A stretch of 64,000 nt of DNA from Azolla caroliniana (lineage: Eukaryota; Plantae; Polypodiophyta): assembly GCA_043228905.1 (NCBI GenBank), contig JBHGNT010000001.1, positions 15,872,001 to 15,936,000 of the forward strand, given 5' to 3'. The notes beneath the pieces are model-generated. The model saw only the letters and a program-made list of their open reading frames with translations. It was not told where the DNA came from and did not search any database. The position numbers were made by a program, and so were the translations under genes. How positions within the stretch are numbered: position 1 is the stretch's first letter; every line of letters begins with the position of its first letter. Shown one piece after another: positions 38,378 to 51,535 of the stretch.

Positions 38378-39142
38378 CACTATTCCGTACACTAGGGCCT
38401 TCGTGAAGATGTCGTTCGTTCGTAGATTCGTATTGATATGTTGCGAGTTGACATCTCTGAGCAAGACACGTTCTCGGATAAAATGATTGTGCACCTCAAT
38501 GTGCTTAGTCTGAGCATGGAAGACGGGGTTGCGGGGCAGGTGAATACTGCTCATTTTGTAACAGTACAAGAGAATAAGATCCTTGATGTGAACCCCCAGA
38601 CCTTTCTATATTCTTTTGAGCCAAACGACTACACATGCGGTGACGGTCGCGCCCCTCTATTCGGCCTCTATGCTCGATAGTGCGATTGTCGGCTGCTTCT
38701 TACTGCTCCACGATATGACTCCATTGCAGAGGGAGAAGACGAAACTTGACGTGGATCGTCTGTTGTCTTTGTAACCGGCCCAATCAACATCATTGTACCC
38801 TTTGAGGTGAATTGGTGTGGCCAACTTGTAGAGGACGCCGTAATCTATGGTTCCACTCACATAGTGTAACACTCGCTTAACACAAACCAGGGGTATGTTT
38901 CGTGGTGTCTGTATAAACTGGCTAAGGAGGCCGACCAGGTAACTGAGGTCGGGTTGAGTAATTGTGAGGTAGATTAGGCTTCCGACTAGCTGACGATAGA
39001 AAGTCGGCTCACACTCTTCTAGATTTCGATCAAGAGGGGTAGTGACAGGCTTACACTTTGTCATCCCAAACTTAAAGAGCAGATTGATGATGTAATGTCG
39101 TTGGGAGATCATGATGCCGCCAGGAGTCCGAATTACTTCTAT

Positions 39143-39301
39143 AAGGGTCCTAGTACCACCACATGGATTTGGAATCTACATGCTGATGCTCATGATTTTA
39201 ACAATCACACCAATGATTTAGAAGATATATCTCGCAAAATATTTAGCGCTCATTTTGGTCAACTAGGTATTATTTTCATCTGGCTGAGCGGCATGTATTT
39301 T
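39143..39301 (+). pseudogene. psaA: Nuclear plastid DNA (NUPT): photosystem I psaA fragment, 53 codons
   Basis: [53 protein letters not shown] is the PsaA N-terminal region; similarity ends abruptly at both sides. Confidence 0.95.
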
Positions 39302-40616
39302 CGAATCCAATTTTATTACCAAGCCCTATACTAGCGAGACTGAGATGCATCTTCACTTCTTCCAAGCCGAGAGGTTAAATCATTCCGTCTATTTATCTCT
39401 CGTTAGTGCGGGAGTGAGTTTGTAATCACTCGTGCCCCCAGTTTATGTGCGATATACGTTAGAATTCAAACATGTTACCAAAAGGATTGACTGTTTCAAC
39501 CTACTTTTTTTGGTCTGAATCACAAACGACAAAAGTTTTTGTGGCAATCCGAAAACAACATGTTTTGATTGCAGTTCTTGAAGCCTCAGGTAGTTGACAT
39601 GGCCAATCCGCTTATGCTAGAGATCGATGTCTAATTCAATCTTCAGTCCTTTCGCAAACAAGGCGGTGCCGATGTCGTTGGTGTCGAGGATGAACATAAT
39701 CCCATCCCTACACCCTTGCACGATTATCCGGCCTTCTTCCTCAATGAAGCACCCGAGGTGCGTAAATCGCACCTGCATCCCCTGGTCGATGATCGGCACC
39801 CCAGGTTCTTTGTGATTGTCGGAACACGTAGTACATTCATCAGCTTTCCCTTTTGTCTGACATGGCTTAAAGGGACTTCTCCGACATGCACAATAAGCTA
39901 AGGAGTGTCCTCTCCGGTTTCGACAACTCCCGGTTGCTCCGGCTTTTCCAGAAACGAGAACCACTCTTCGTGGCTCGTCATGTGGTTAGATGCTCTAGAG
40001 TCAACATACCATACTTCCTCCGATTTGGAAGTGGTTTTCTTCATTGAGTTAGCCTTTTGCTTCATCACAAAGGTTGGCCCTTTTTCAGTCTTCCCGGTTC
40101 CGGATCCTTCTGATCCTTTAGTGTAGTGCAAGCTTTGCCGGTTCCCTTGTCCAGCCTTACCGGACCCAGATTTGTCCAAATCGGTGCGCTTCTTCTAGCA
40201 CTTGCTTTCTCGATGGCCTTTCTTTCCACAATACCGGCATTCCGTATCAGCTTTCGATTGCCGGTTTCCGGTGCTGCTTTTACTCCCCCTGCTTGTGGAG
40301 GGTCCGGAACTACTATCAACACTATCCTTGTGCCCCCGATTCTACTCTTGTCGACCGCCTGCATTGCGTGCCGACCCACCTCGTCCTCCACACCCACGGG
40401 GCTGATCCGCCTCTTTGTACAACATCTGATTGTCCGATTGAGTGTTCCTTGACCCACTCGCATGGTTTTCTTCGACCATGAGCATCGATTGCAGTTGAAA
40501 AAGGATGGTGGCTTCTCCCTTGTGGGGATAGCGGTTCGGATGGGCCCGTACCTTAGCCAGACCGCAGAGGCAGATTTGCACCATTTCGTCCTCATCTATC
40601 GTGAGGTCTATGGACC

Positions 40617-43487
40617 CTAATGTGTCACAAATCTCCTTTATCTTCGTGGTGTAATCTAAAACTTGACATATCCTTTTGTCGGACATTGTTCAATTCTTGT
40701 CAAAGTTATAGCTTTCAGGCTTAGGTACTTGCGGCGAAAATCTTTTTTAGATTTTCCCAGGCATGTTTCAGCGTCTTAGCATCTCTAATGTAGCCGATCA
40801 TCTGGTTGTGCACGGAAGACGCAAGGCAGTATAGAACTCTGCTTGCTCTTTGTTCCCATGTCAGGAACTCCTTTTGTGATGACGTCGACGCTATTTCATG
40901 GTCACCCTCAACATAACACCAGTATCCATGTTCGGGCAGATATTGATGCATCTTGTATGACTAGGATGCATAGTTGTGTTTGTCAATCTTCTTTGTCGCA
41001 AGCGAGCTTGCCATACCTCTGTCCATCTAATGTGTCACAAATCTCCTTTATCTTCGTGGTGTAATCTAAAACTTGACATATCCTTTTGTCGGACATTGTT
41101 CAATTCTTGTCAAAGTTATAGCTTTCAGGCTTAGGTACTTGCGGCGAAATTCTTTTTTAGATTTTCCCAGGCATGTTTCAGCGTCTTAGCATCTCTAATG
41201 TAGCCATCATCTGGTTGTGCACGGAAGACGCAAGGCAGTATAGAACTCTGCTTGCTCTTTGTTCCCATGTCAGGAACTCCTTTTGTGATGACGTCGACGC
41301 TATTTCATGGTCACCCTCAACATAACACCAGTATCCATGTTCGGGCAGATATTGATGCATCTTGTATGGCTAGGATGCATAGTTGTGTTTGTCAATCTTC
41401 TTTGTCGCAAGCGAGCTTGCCATACCTCTGTCCATCTAATGTGTCACAAATCTCCTTTATCTTCGTGGTGTAATCTAAAACTTGACATATCCTTTTGTCG
41501 GACATTGTTCAATTCTTGTCAAAGTTATAGCTTTCAGGCTTAGGTACTTGCGGCGAAAATCTTTTTTAGATTTTCCCAGGCATGTTTCAGCGTCTTAGCA
41601 TCTCTAATGTAGCCGATCATCTGGTTGTGCACGGAAGATGCAAGGCAGTATAGAACTGTGCTTGCTCTTTGTTCCCATGTCAGGAACTCCTTTTGTGATG
41701 ACGTCGACACTATTTCATGGTCACCCTCAACATAACACCAGTATCCATGTTCGGGCAGATATTGATGCATCTTGTATGACTAGGATGCATAGTTGTGTTT
41801 GTCAATCTTCTTTGTCGCAAGCGAGCTTGCCATACCTCTGTCCATCTAATGTGTCACAAATCTCCTTTATCTTCGTGGTGTAATCTAAAACTTGACATAT
41901 CCTTTTGTCGGACATTGTTCAATTCTTGTCAAAGTTATAGCTTTCAGGCTTAGGTACTTGCGGCGAAAATCTTTTTTAGATTTTCCCAGGCATGTTTCAG
42001 CGTCTTAGCATCTCTAATGTAGCCGATCATCTGGTTGTGCACGGAAGACGCAAGGCAGTATAGAACTCTGCTTGCTCTTTGTTCCCATGTCAGGAACTCC
42101 TTTTGTGATGACGTCGACGCTATTTCATGGTCACCCTCAACATAACACCAGTATCCATGTTCGGGCAGATATTGATGCATCTTGTATGACTAGGATGCAT
42201 AGTTGTGTTTGTCAATCTTCTTTGTCGCAAGCGAGCTTGCCATACCTCTGTCCATCTAATGTGTCACAAATCTCCTTTATCTTCGTGGTGTAATCTAAAA
42301 CTTGACATATCCTTTTGTCGGACATTGTTCAATTCTTGTCAAAGTTATAGCTTTCAGGCTTAGGTACTTGCGGCGAAATTCTTTTTTAGATTTTCCCAGG
42401 CATGTTTCAGCGTCTTAGCATCTCTAATGTAGCCGATCATCTGGTTGTGCACGGAAGACGCAAGGCAGTATAGAACTCTGCTTGCTCTTTGTTCCCATGT
42501 CAGGAACTCCTTTTGTGATGACGTCGACGCTATTTCATGGTCACCCTCAACATAACACCAGTATCCATGTTCGGGCAGATATTGATGCATCTTGTATGGC
42601 TAGGATGCATAGTTGTGTTTGTCAATCTTCTTTGTCGCAAGCGAGCTTGCCATACCTCTGTCCATCTAATGTGTCACAAATCTCCTTTATCTTCGTGGTG
42701 TAATCTAAAACTTGACATATCCTTTTGTCGGACATTGTTCAATTCTTGTCAAAGTTATAGCTTTCAGGCTTAGGTACTTGCGGCGAAAATCTTTTTTAGA
42801 TTTTCCCAGGCATGTTTCAGCGTCTTAGCATCTCTAATGTAGCCGATCATCTGGTTGTGCACGGAAGACGCAAGGCAGTATAGAACTCTGCTTGCTCTTT
42901 GTTCCCATGTCAGGAACTCCTTTTGTGATGACGTCGACGCTATTTCATGGTCACCCTCAACATAACACCAGTATCCATGTTCGGGCAGATATTGATGCAT
43001 CTTGTATGACTAGGATGCATAGTTGTGTTTGTCAATCTTCTTTGTCGCAAGCAAGCTTGCCATACCTCTGTCCATCTAATGTGTCACAAATCTCCTTTAT
43101 CTTCGTGGTGTAATCTAAAACTTGACATATCCTTTTGTCGGACATTGTTCAATTCTTGTCAAAGTTATAGCTTTCAGGCTTAGGTACTTGCGGCGAAAAT
43201 CTTTTTTAGATTTTCCCAGGCATGTTTCAGCGTCTTAGCATCTCTAATGTAGCCGATCATCTGGTTGTGCACGGAAGACGCAAGGCAGTATAGAACTCTG
43301 CTTGCTCTTTGTTCCCATGTCAGGAACTCCTTTTGTGATGACGTCGACGCTATTTCATGGTCACCCTCAACATAACACCAGTATCCATGTTCGGGCAGAT
43401 ATTGATGCATCTTGTATGACTAGGATGCATAGTTGTGTTTGTCAATCTTCTTTGTTGAAAGCGAGCTTGCCATACCTCTGTCCATCT
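40617..43487. repeat. Tandem array of 7 x 410-bp units (one 409 bp) derived from copia gag
   Basis: Near-identical units; the repeated ORF MHQYLPEHGYW starts at 40951, 41360, 41770, 42180, 42590, 43000 and 43410 on the minus strand. Confidence 0.98.
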
Positions 43488-44040
43488 TTTGTTCTTTACC
43501 GGGTGTTAGGGTTTTTCTTCAGTAATCGCTCGTCGGTTGTGGAGGTTTTCAACCATCACGCTTTGATACCATGTCAATGTTGAAATGCAGAAGCTTTGAC
43601 AAACCGGTTCAGCCGGATAGGAATAGAAAGAGTACATGTTTAATGGAAACCTTATGAGACACAGACAAGGAGTGGGAGAGACAAAGAGAGCAAAATAACA
43701 TTAATTAAATTCAAAATAATAACACTCTGTCCATAGGATGTGCTCAGTGAGCACTTTTTATACAAGTCCACAAAGGACTGACAAACGTACTATCTACTTC
43801 AATGTTCATACGAGCGGCTGACACTAACTATGAGGACCATGAGTAGCTAGTAGTCTAGAATAGTAAGCCTCTAAAAGGCCTATCGGTTCACACTTGAGTC
43901 TGGCTCTTTGATTTGGCTCTTGGTCCTGGATACCGATTCGGTCCATCCATTCTGGATACTTATCCGAACATCGATCCGGATACGATTTGGCTCAGCCTTG
44001 TTCATCCGATCCGGATTTGGTTGAGCTTGTTCACTCAACA

Positions 44041-44630
44041 AGTGCTGCAACTTGTTTGATGCGAGTGCCTTGGTGAAGATGTCGGCAACATGGTGATCAG
44101 TTCAAACATACCTGAGTTTGACTTCACCGCTCAGGACCCACTCATGCACAAAGTGATAATGCACCTCGATGTGCTTTGTGCGAGCATGGAACATGGGGAT
44201 CCGTAGGTCCTGTTGTAGCCTATGAAGCCATATGGCTTCACAGGTCACGACAATAGCTCCTCAATACTCAGCCTCAGTGCTTGACAGATCCACTTTCGGC
44301 TGCTCCTTGTTGCTCCATGCAACAGTCGCACTCCCGAGAGAAAACATGAATCCAGATGTTGACCGACGATCCAACGCATCACCGGCCCAATCAACATCTG
44401 TATAGCCGACTAGTTGTTTGGCTACAATTTGTTGGTACAACAGTCCCTGATCCTTAGTGCCGCTCACGTATCAAAGTAGTCGATGCGTGCACTAAAGGTG
44501 CTCAACAGTCAGTCGCTACATGTATTGACTAATCACTCCCACTAGATAGCTCATGACGGGCTGTGTGATAGGTATATGAGGCTTCCGACAATTTGTTGGA
44601 ACCGTTTCTCGCCGCAGCCCATTCTGGAGT
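44041..44630 (-). mobile_element. Older copia RT/RNase H remnant
   Basis: GYTDVDWAG..RRSTSG..LSSTEAEY; KHIEVHYHF and ADIFTKAL readable on the minus strand. Confidence 0.8.
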
Positions 44631-45489
44631 CGTATTTAAGTACTCGTATTTAACGTTTAAATACGTATAGTACCTCATCATTTGTATAGTATGTACTATA
44701 CCTCAATGTTGTTAAGTCAAATATCATGTACATTTGTCCAATACTGCATTTAACGTATTTATAAAAAAACAGGTATAATATGTATTTATAAAGAAAATGT
44801 AAGTAAAACCCCAACAAAAACCAAAAGAAAAAAAAGATTTTAGTGAAAAAGAAGCCAAAGGAAGGAAGAAAGAAGAATAGAAGAGAGGACGATGAAGAAG
44901 ATGAAGAAGAAGAAGAAGAAGAAGAAGAAGAAGAAGAAGAGAGAAAAGAAGACATAAACCTGTCCTAACTCTAAGTGTGATAATTGCAGAAGATAGAAGA
45001 AGAAGAAGAAGAAGAAGAAGAAAACGAAGAAAAGAGAAACCTATCATGAGTGTGATAATCGTAGACGATTCCTCAATCTATGAAGGCATAATTGTAAATA
45101 ATTACAATTTGAGGTAGAACATCGTGATACACACTTACACTGATTTATAGAATAAGGGAATGTCGACATCCATATTACTACAAGTATTTTAGGATGTGAA
45201 ATGTTCAAATGTCTTATATGCATTTTAGGATGTAGAACTATATTGTACATTACAAAATTGTGTAAACATAGATGTTTTTTACAATATTATAGATATTTTT
45301 TAGAAAGGTAAATAATTTTCAAATTCTAGAAGTATTAAACGTACTATACATAAAATACGTATTTTATAAGTATTTAACATATTAAGAAAACGTATTTAAC
45401 GTATTTTTAAATTGGGAGGTACTATACGCGTATTAATATCTTATATACGTACGGTATCCGTACCGTACCTAACGTACCTAACAACCTTG
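44631..45489. mobile_element. Non-autonomous hAT-like element or fragment containing (GAA)n tracts
   Basis: Subterminal tatttaacgt and acgtac motifs like those of the hAT at 45837-50515; terminus ...aacaaccttg resembles the hAT right end ...acaaccacg; left end and TSD not found. Confidence 0.5.
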
Positions 45490-45836
45490 CTCTTGAAAGA
45501 AACACCAAAAATCACACAAAGGCATTCTAATACCATGGATGTGGTAGATTCAACGGAGCAATATGAAATCGAAAGAAGAAAGAATAATATTTTCATTAAA
45601 GGTATGCAAGAGAATGAAACAGACAATGCACTATCTCTTGGAGAGAATATTATGAAATTCTTTGAAGATCACTTTGCTATGCGAGATGTTATTGTATATG
45701 CTACACATAGGGTTGGCAAGAAGCAATATGCTAAATTGCACAAACTTGATTATCCTAAATGGTATAAAGGCATTCCCATTGACAAATGTGCTCACATGTT
45801 ACCATCCTCGAGTGGAGGAAGTGTGGTTGATTACGC
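45490..45836 (+). mobile_element. LINE remnant (ORF1-like plus endonuclease), split by the hAT; continues at 50516-50695
   Basis: RRKNNIFIKGMQE..HRVGK is ORF1 RRM-like; SSGGSVVDY|ALMLA..NSHHNPL rejoins across the hAT as an endonuclease S.IDY..SDH.P-type motif. Confidence 0.6.
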
Positions 45837-48800
45837 CTTTGTTGTTAAAAAACGCGTATTTTATACATAGAGTACGTTTTAGAATACCCACATGTATTCT
45901 AAACATATTCTACCTTTTGGAACTGTCATTTTTTATAAGCCTAAATTTGTAAATAATTAAAAAAAATACTTTTCTAGGGCTTTTTTAAGTAGTGAAATCA
46001 GAAAAAGTAAACAATTGGGGTTTTTTGTTATGACTCACGAGTGTCTTCATTTTGTAGGTTAAAGGTTTTTACATAGGTCTTTAGAAGCAACCTGCAGGAA
46101 GCAAGCATTATTTTAGTTCATTTTCAAAGGTAATTTCCTCGTAATATATGTGCAGGTATGAATGATTTTGGTTTGTTTATGCCCAAATGCAATGTGGATT
46201 AAAATATGTTTAGAGGGTCTCAAAATAGAAAATATTGCAGAAAATTCAGAAAACTCTAAAATAGATTTGAAATTTTCTATGGAATCTAGATTAAGTAACA
46301 TACATTATTGAGAAAGAGGGCTGAAATTCAAATTTCCATTATGTGATGACTTCCCTGTATATTAAGTAACTTATTAAGTAACATATAGGGAGATGATATT
46401 AAAGTAATTACTATAGAAAAACATGCATATTACATATGCATGTTTGAAATTTGAATGATTTATGTGTGGTTATACCCAAATGCAAGTGGATTAAATATAT
46501 GTCTTGAGAGTATGTAAGTATTTATGCTCAAGATTTTAGAAAAAACTCTGAAATAGATTTGAATTTTTTAAATTTTCTATAGAATCTAGATTAAATAACA
46601 TACATTATTGAGAAAGAGGGCTCAAATTCAAATTTCTATTATGTGATGGCTTGCCCGTATAATTAATTAAAATATTAAGTCACATATAGGGAGACGATAT
46701 TAAAGTAATTACCATAGAATAGCATACATATTACATATGCATGTTTGAAATTTGAATGATTTATGTGTGGTTATGCCCAAATGCATGTGGATTAAATATA
46801 TGTCTTGAGAGTATCTAAGTATTTATGCTCAATATTTCAGAAAATACTCTAAAATAGATTTGAAATTTTCTATAGAATCAATTAAGTAGCATATATAATT
46901 GAGAAAGAGGGCTGGAATTTCCATTATGTGATGACTTTCACATATAGTTAATTAATTTATTAAGTAACATATATGGAGATGATATTAAAGTAATTACCAT
47001 AGAATAGTAACATACAAATGCACGTTTGAAATTTGAATGATTTCTATGTGTTTATGCCCAAATGCAAGTGGATTAAAATCTAATTGAGAAAGAGGGCTGA
47101 AATTTTCGTTATGTGATGACTTTCCCATATAGTTAATTAACTCATTAAGTAACATATAGGGAGACGATATTAGTAATTATAATAGAGTTGTAACATACAT
47201 ATGCATGTTTGAATTATTTCTCTGTGTTTATGTCCAAATGCAAGTGGATTAAAATTTGGTTAGAGGGTATCGAGGTTGTTTATGCCCAATATTTCAGAAA
47301 AAACTCTGAAATAGAGGTGAAATTTTCATATGTTCTTAAAAAATACCACTAATGAAACCCCGAAGGGTAGAAAATGGCACCTTGTGAGGGGGATCTCTTG
47401 CGCTTTTAGTCAAAGTAGTTTATCTAATTGAGAAAGAGGGCTGAAATTTCTATATAATTCAATGTGACATTGTGGATTCATGAATAATTTATGGCTAAAG
47501 CCATATGTTTTAATCATATACATCATGACATGGTGGATTCATGAATAATTTACGGTTAAAATCATACATTTAAATCATATACATTATGACATTGTGGATT
47601 CAATGTTCATGAATAATTTATAGTTAAAATCATATGTTTAAATGATATACATTTGTCATCTTCACATTGTGGATTCATGAATAAATTCTTGTTAAAATCA
47701 TATGTTTAAATGATATACATAATCACATTGCAGATTCATGAATCTAGGACAATATAAAAGACAACTCTCGAGTCTCTAGAACTTGATATCACCAATTAAG
47801 CAACTATGCCACACAAATAATCTCCCTTATGGGATAAATATTGTTTGAACCAACAAGTTGGGAAGTCATCTGGGTCCTATTATTGGGATTGCCGATTTTA
47901 TGGTTTTCATGGGACTGGGACACTAACATGTTTAGTTGCTCACCTTGCTGGAATTAAAGGTGAAGGTATAGACAAGTGGTGCAAGTAACTCTAGAGTTAA
48001 GTATTTAAAGAAAGAGCATTTGAATGTGCAACACAGTGGAAAATGTGAAAGCCCTTTGGCCAAAATATGGCATTGCAATACTTTTAGATGGATGGATTGA
48101 CACTACCAAGAGAGCACTTGTGAATATTTTGGTCTCAGGTTGTTATGGCACTATGTACTTTAAAACTACTGATTGTAGTGGTGTTTCTACAAGGGTTGAT
48201 GGTCCATGGCTAGCTGAAATGCTACCAATTGCAATAAAGGAAGTAAAAGTTGTCTTGGGTTCGTCGAGTGCACAAGAGAGCAAATTATGTGGTTAAACTA
48301 TTTACTAAGAAAAGGAATGCGCGAAAAATTTTCAGCAACTATTCGTCTCTTGTGCTTCTTAGGCCAAGTGCCACTCGATTTGGCTACATTCTTATTGTCC
48401 TTGAGAGGCTTGCAAGAGTTTGGAGAGCCCTTGAACAAACTATGGTTAGTAACTATTGGGAGGATTGGAGTGATTCCAAAAAGCCAGATGTTGTCAAGGT
48501 GAAGTCCATTGTGCAAGACAACTCTACTTTGCCTTCAATTATGATTGTAATTTCTATTATGTGTCCATTGTTTTTTGTTATGCGGCTAACTGATCGTGAA
48601 TGATCTACAATGGGCTTACTTTATGAGTTCATGAGGAGGGCTAGAGACACATTGCAACGAGGAGCGAGAGAAGACACATCAAACAAAGACAAGTAATTTA
48701 TTCTAATATTATTATTTCTATGTAGTATGTACAATTGCTATTTATTGCATCCTTTTCATTTCTTTGAATCATTGCTATCATCTATGTTATGCATATTTCT

Positions 48801-50515
48801 AGTAACTGATTTCTATATTATGCATATTTATGTTAATGCAGATATAAAGAGGTTTTGGAATGCTTTGATTGTCGTTGGTCATGGTTCAAAAAGCCAATTC
48901 ATATTGTTGCACATATTTTGCATCCTTTATGGAAGCCCAAAGATAAATCAATAGTTATGAATGTAGAGATTACAGATGGATGGCTTGGCTATATTCAAAA
49001 GGTATATTCTATAGATGAATGTGAAATCTTATAAGATCAATTTGACATGTATGGAAATGGCGTGGGCCGGTTTAGCAATGAACTATCAAAATCACACATT
49101 GCAAAATGTAAACCTGTCTCATGGTGGGAAAGATATGGAGACAATGTGCCCTTACTACAATCATTAGCTTGTAGAGTATTGTCTCATGTATTATAGTTTT
49201 TTCTTTATTGTTTCTACAATGACATATGTTCATGTTGTTTGTTTAATAAATACTTTGTGTCATAGGATTGCTCTTCTAGAGCTACTGAAAGAAATTGGAA
49301 TGCACATGCGTTGGCACATACAAAAAGGAGGAATCATTTGAAGGTGAAACAAGTGAAGAGATTAGTATATGTTAGAGAAAACTTAAGGCTTGTTCGGAGC
49401 TTTCAAACTCATGTTGGTCTTCTAGTGCAGGTCTACATCTTTCTTATTCATATTTGACATTTGACGTTTAGAGTCTAGACAAGTCATTTATAGGTTAAAT
49501 TACGATCCTTGTTAATTGGTTATGGTTTTAAAATTATGAATCATGATCATGATACTAGAATATTATTTGATTTAGGTGAATCCAGATGAGATAGACATTG
49601 ACAAGACTCTTGAAATGCATCCATCAACAACCGATATTGACACTCAAGTCGCACAAACATATTTTGAGGAAGCAGAGGCGATGCATATTGGTTGGGTTAC
49701 TCGGAGTAGATCTAAGTTTGCCACTATGATAATGGATGAAGGACTAGTAGGTTTAAGTTCGAGCAGTATTAGCGGAGGTCGTGTTTGTAGTCGTGCTTGT
49801 GTGAGAGTTTCAAGTACAAGAAAGGTACTTACTCGATAAGCTACAAATATTCCTTGCAATGCTGAATATGGTAATGATGATGGAGAACAAGAGGATGAAG
49901 ACATTGACAATGACACAATTGATTCATCTTCTGATAGTGATTATGTGGAAAACTATGATGATACACCAACTGGATCCTCGAATGATGATGTAGAAGAGGA
50001 AATATAATCGAAAATTGAATGGAGATCATTTATTACTGTTTTGTACATATTTATTTGAATTAGAGAACCAATAACTATGAGTATGAAGAAATTCTAACTT
50101 CTAAATTAATAAATTCTAATATTGTTTTGATCACTCTATTCTGATTTGAGTGTTGAAATGGTATGTGTTTTGATTCGAATTTTAAACTTCAATTGTGTTC
50201 TCCACTTTCATTTTAATTTTTAAAATATGTATATCACGTGTATTGAAAGTTGAAACATAGATAACCATGTGGTATCCATGGACAATAAAGATAATTGGTA
50301 TTTTTACTCTATAGTATTGAAATTTCAAGTATCTTTGTATTCAACGAATTTAACGAATTTAACGAATTTAGTGTATTCAATGTATTTAACGTATTCAACG
50401 TATTTTACCTTTAAAATACGTATTCTAAGAACTTATATTTTTTTCTTAGAATACTTATCAAATACGTAGCATACGTATTGTACGCGTACGGTATGCTACG
50501 TATGTTACAACCACG
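45837..50515 (+). mobile_element. hAT DNA transposon (DUF659-type) with degenerate transposase and 8-bp TSD
   Basis: TSD gattacgc at 45829-45836 and 50516-50523; imperfect TIRs ctttgttgtta / tacaaccacg; transposase remnants at about 47800-49430 (GIAILLDGWID..LVNILV, LLRPSATRF, WWERYG..PLLQSLACRVL, SSRATERNW..KRRNHL..LVYVRENL). Confidence 0.9.
46170..47745. repeat. Tandem repeats inside the hAT 5' region (about 300-bp units, then about 60-bp units)
   Basis: attgagaaagagggct recurs near 46307, 46607, 46898, 47083 and 47427; tgtggattcatgaataa recurs about 5 times in 47460-47745. Confidence 0.85.
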
Positions 50516-50695
50516 GATTACGCATTAATGTTGGCATGTGATCTATCATTGGTGAATGTGTTTAAAGTTGGTTCTCTATCTTTGAACTCACACCACAATC
50601 CATTATACTTAGAGATTGCAATTCCACATTTCACCAATAGATGTCATGGAATGAAAGACGAAATGAGATGTATCATCCAACCTTGCTACAACAAA

Positions 50696-51174
50696 TGTAA
50701 AAAGATTTATGTGTGGACGCATATGCGGAAGACACAGAGTACACGGTTGGTTATCTGGAAGTATAATAGTTAGGTAAACATAGAGAATGTAAGAGAGAGA
50801 GATTGAGTGAGCAGACAGACAAAAAATTCTATTACAAAATGCTTAATACATACAATGTGCTCAATGAGCACTATTTATACAAGTCCTCAAAAGGATTGAT
50901 AGAAGTACTGACATGTACTTCAATGCTCATGAAGAGCCTCTAACACTAACTGCCTATATTAGACCTATTAACTAGAATAGGTCTAATTGGCATGTGTGAC
51001 ATTCCGGATCAGCTTCCCCAACCACTTTGTCATCCGGTCTGGGTCCGTCATCTAGTCCAAATCCGACATTCGGTATCTGGTCCGAAAACAGGGCCTAGCC
51101 AACTAGATCAATTCTAGTCTGACCTACTAGCATATCCAACCAGTCCGGCCCATGTTGAGCTTGCTTGCTCAACA
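50696..51174 (-). repeat. 3' LTR of a copia family B-like element, with PPT at about 51175-51184
   Basis: Minus strand reads agagggggag then TGTTGAGCAAGCAAGCTCAAC; homologous to the LTRs at 43572-44040 and 57876-58325. Confidence 0.75.
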
Positions 51175-51480
51175 CTCCCCCTCTAGCTCAACTTAAGGTC
51201 GGTCCGTTGTGTCAGATTTAGCCGATCCTTGCTTCCGGCTCCTCTTGGTGTCCTCACACCTAGCTCGCGCTCCTCGTTCGGTCCGGTCCCGCGTTCCATG
51301 ACCTCTTTGGTCCAACGCTCCTCAACCCCTATAGTCGGTAGGTCTGCTCTTCATGCCCTTCTCAGCTTCCTCACTATTGTGACATTGGTGTCAAGGATAT
51401 TACTAGAGGAAAGAGAATTAGTACTAAAGATAGAGGAGAAGAATGAGGACTAGTACTAAGAAGGGAAAGAGTGTGTGAGA

Positions 51481-51519
<39 letters not shown>

Positions 51520-51535
51520 AAGAAAGAAAGAAAGA

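Larger units (their letters stand above)
38390..44040 (-). mobile_element. Copia family B element (5' LTR, PBS, gag with tandem array, protease, plastid insertion, RT/RNase H)
   Basis: LTR 43572-44040 (TGTTGA...TTGACA on minus strand); PBS tggtatcaaagcg (tRNA-iMet type) at 43559-43571; gag, protease WYVDSRASNHM, GAG-pre-integrase near 39560-39620, RT/RNase H at 38390-39112 (YRQLVGSLIYL, DVDWAG, SWSSKKQ, KHIEV). Confidence 0.9.

Noticed and set aside
39095-39334. Functional nuclear psaA gene
   Set aside because: Only 53 codons match, with no transit peptide, and it sits inside a retrotransposon.
40617-43487. CRISPR-like or multi-gene array suggested by repeated short ORFs
   Set aside because: Units are contiguous 410-bp gag duplicates with no unique spacers; eukaryotic context; unit length is not a multiple of 3.
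44650-45047. Poly-Ser and poly-Leu ORFs
   Set aside because: Translations of (GAA)n microsatellites.
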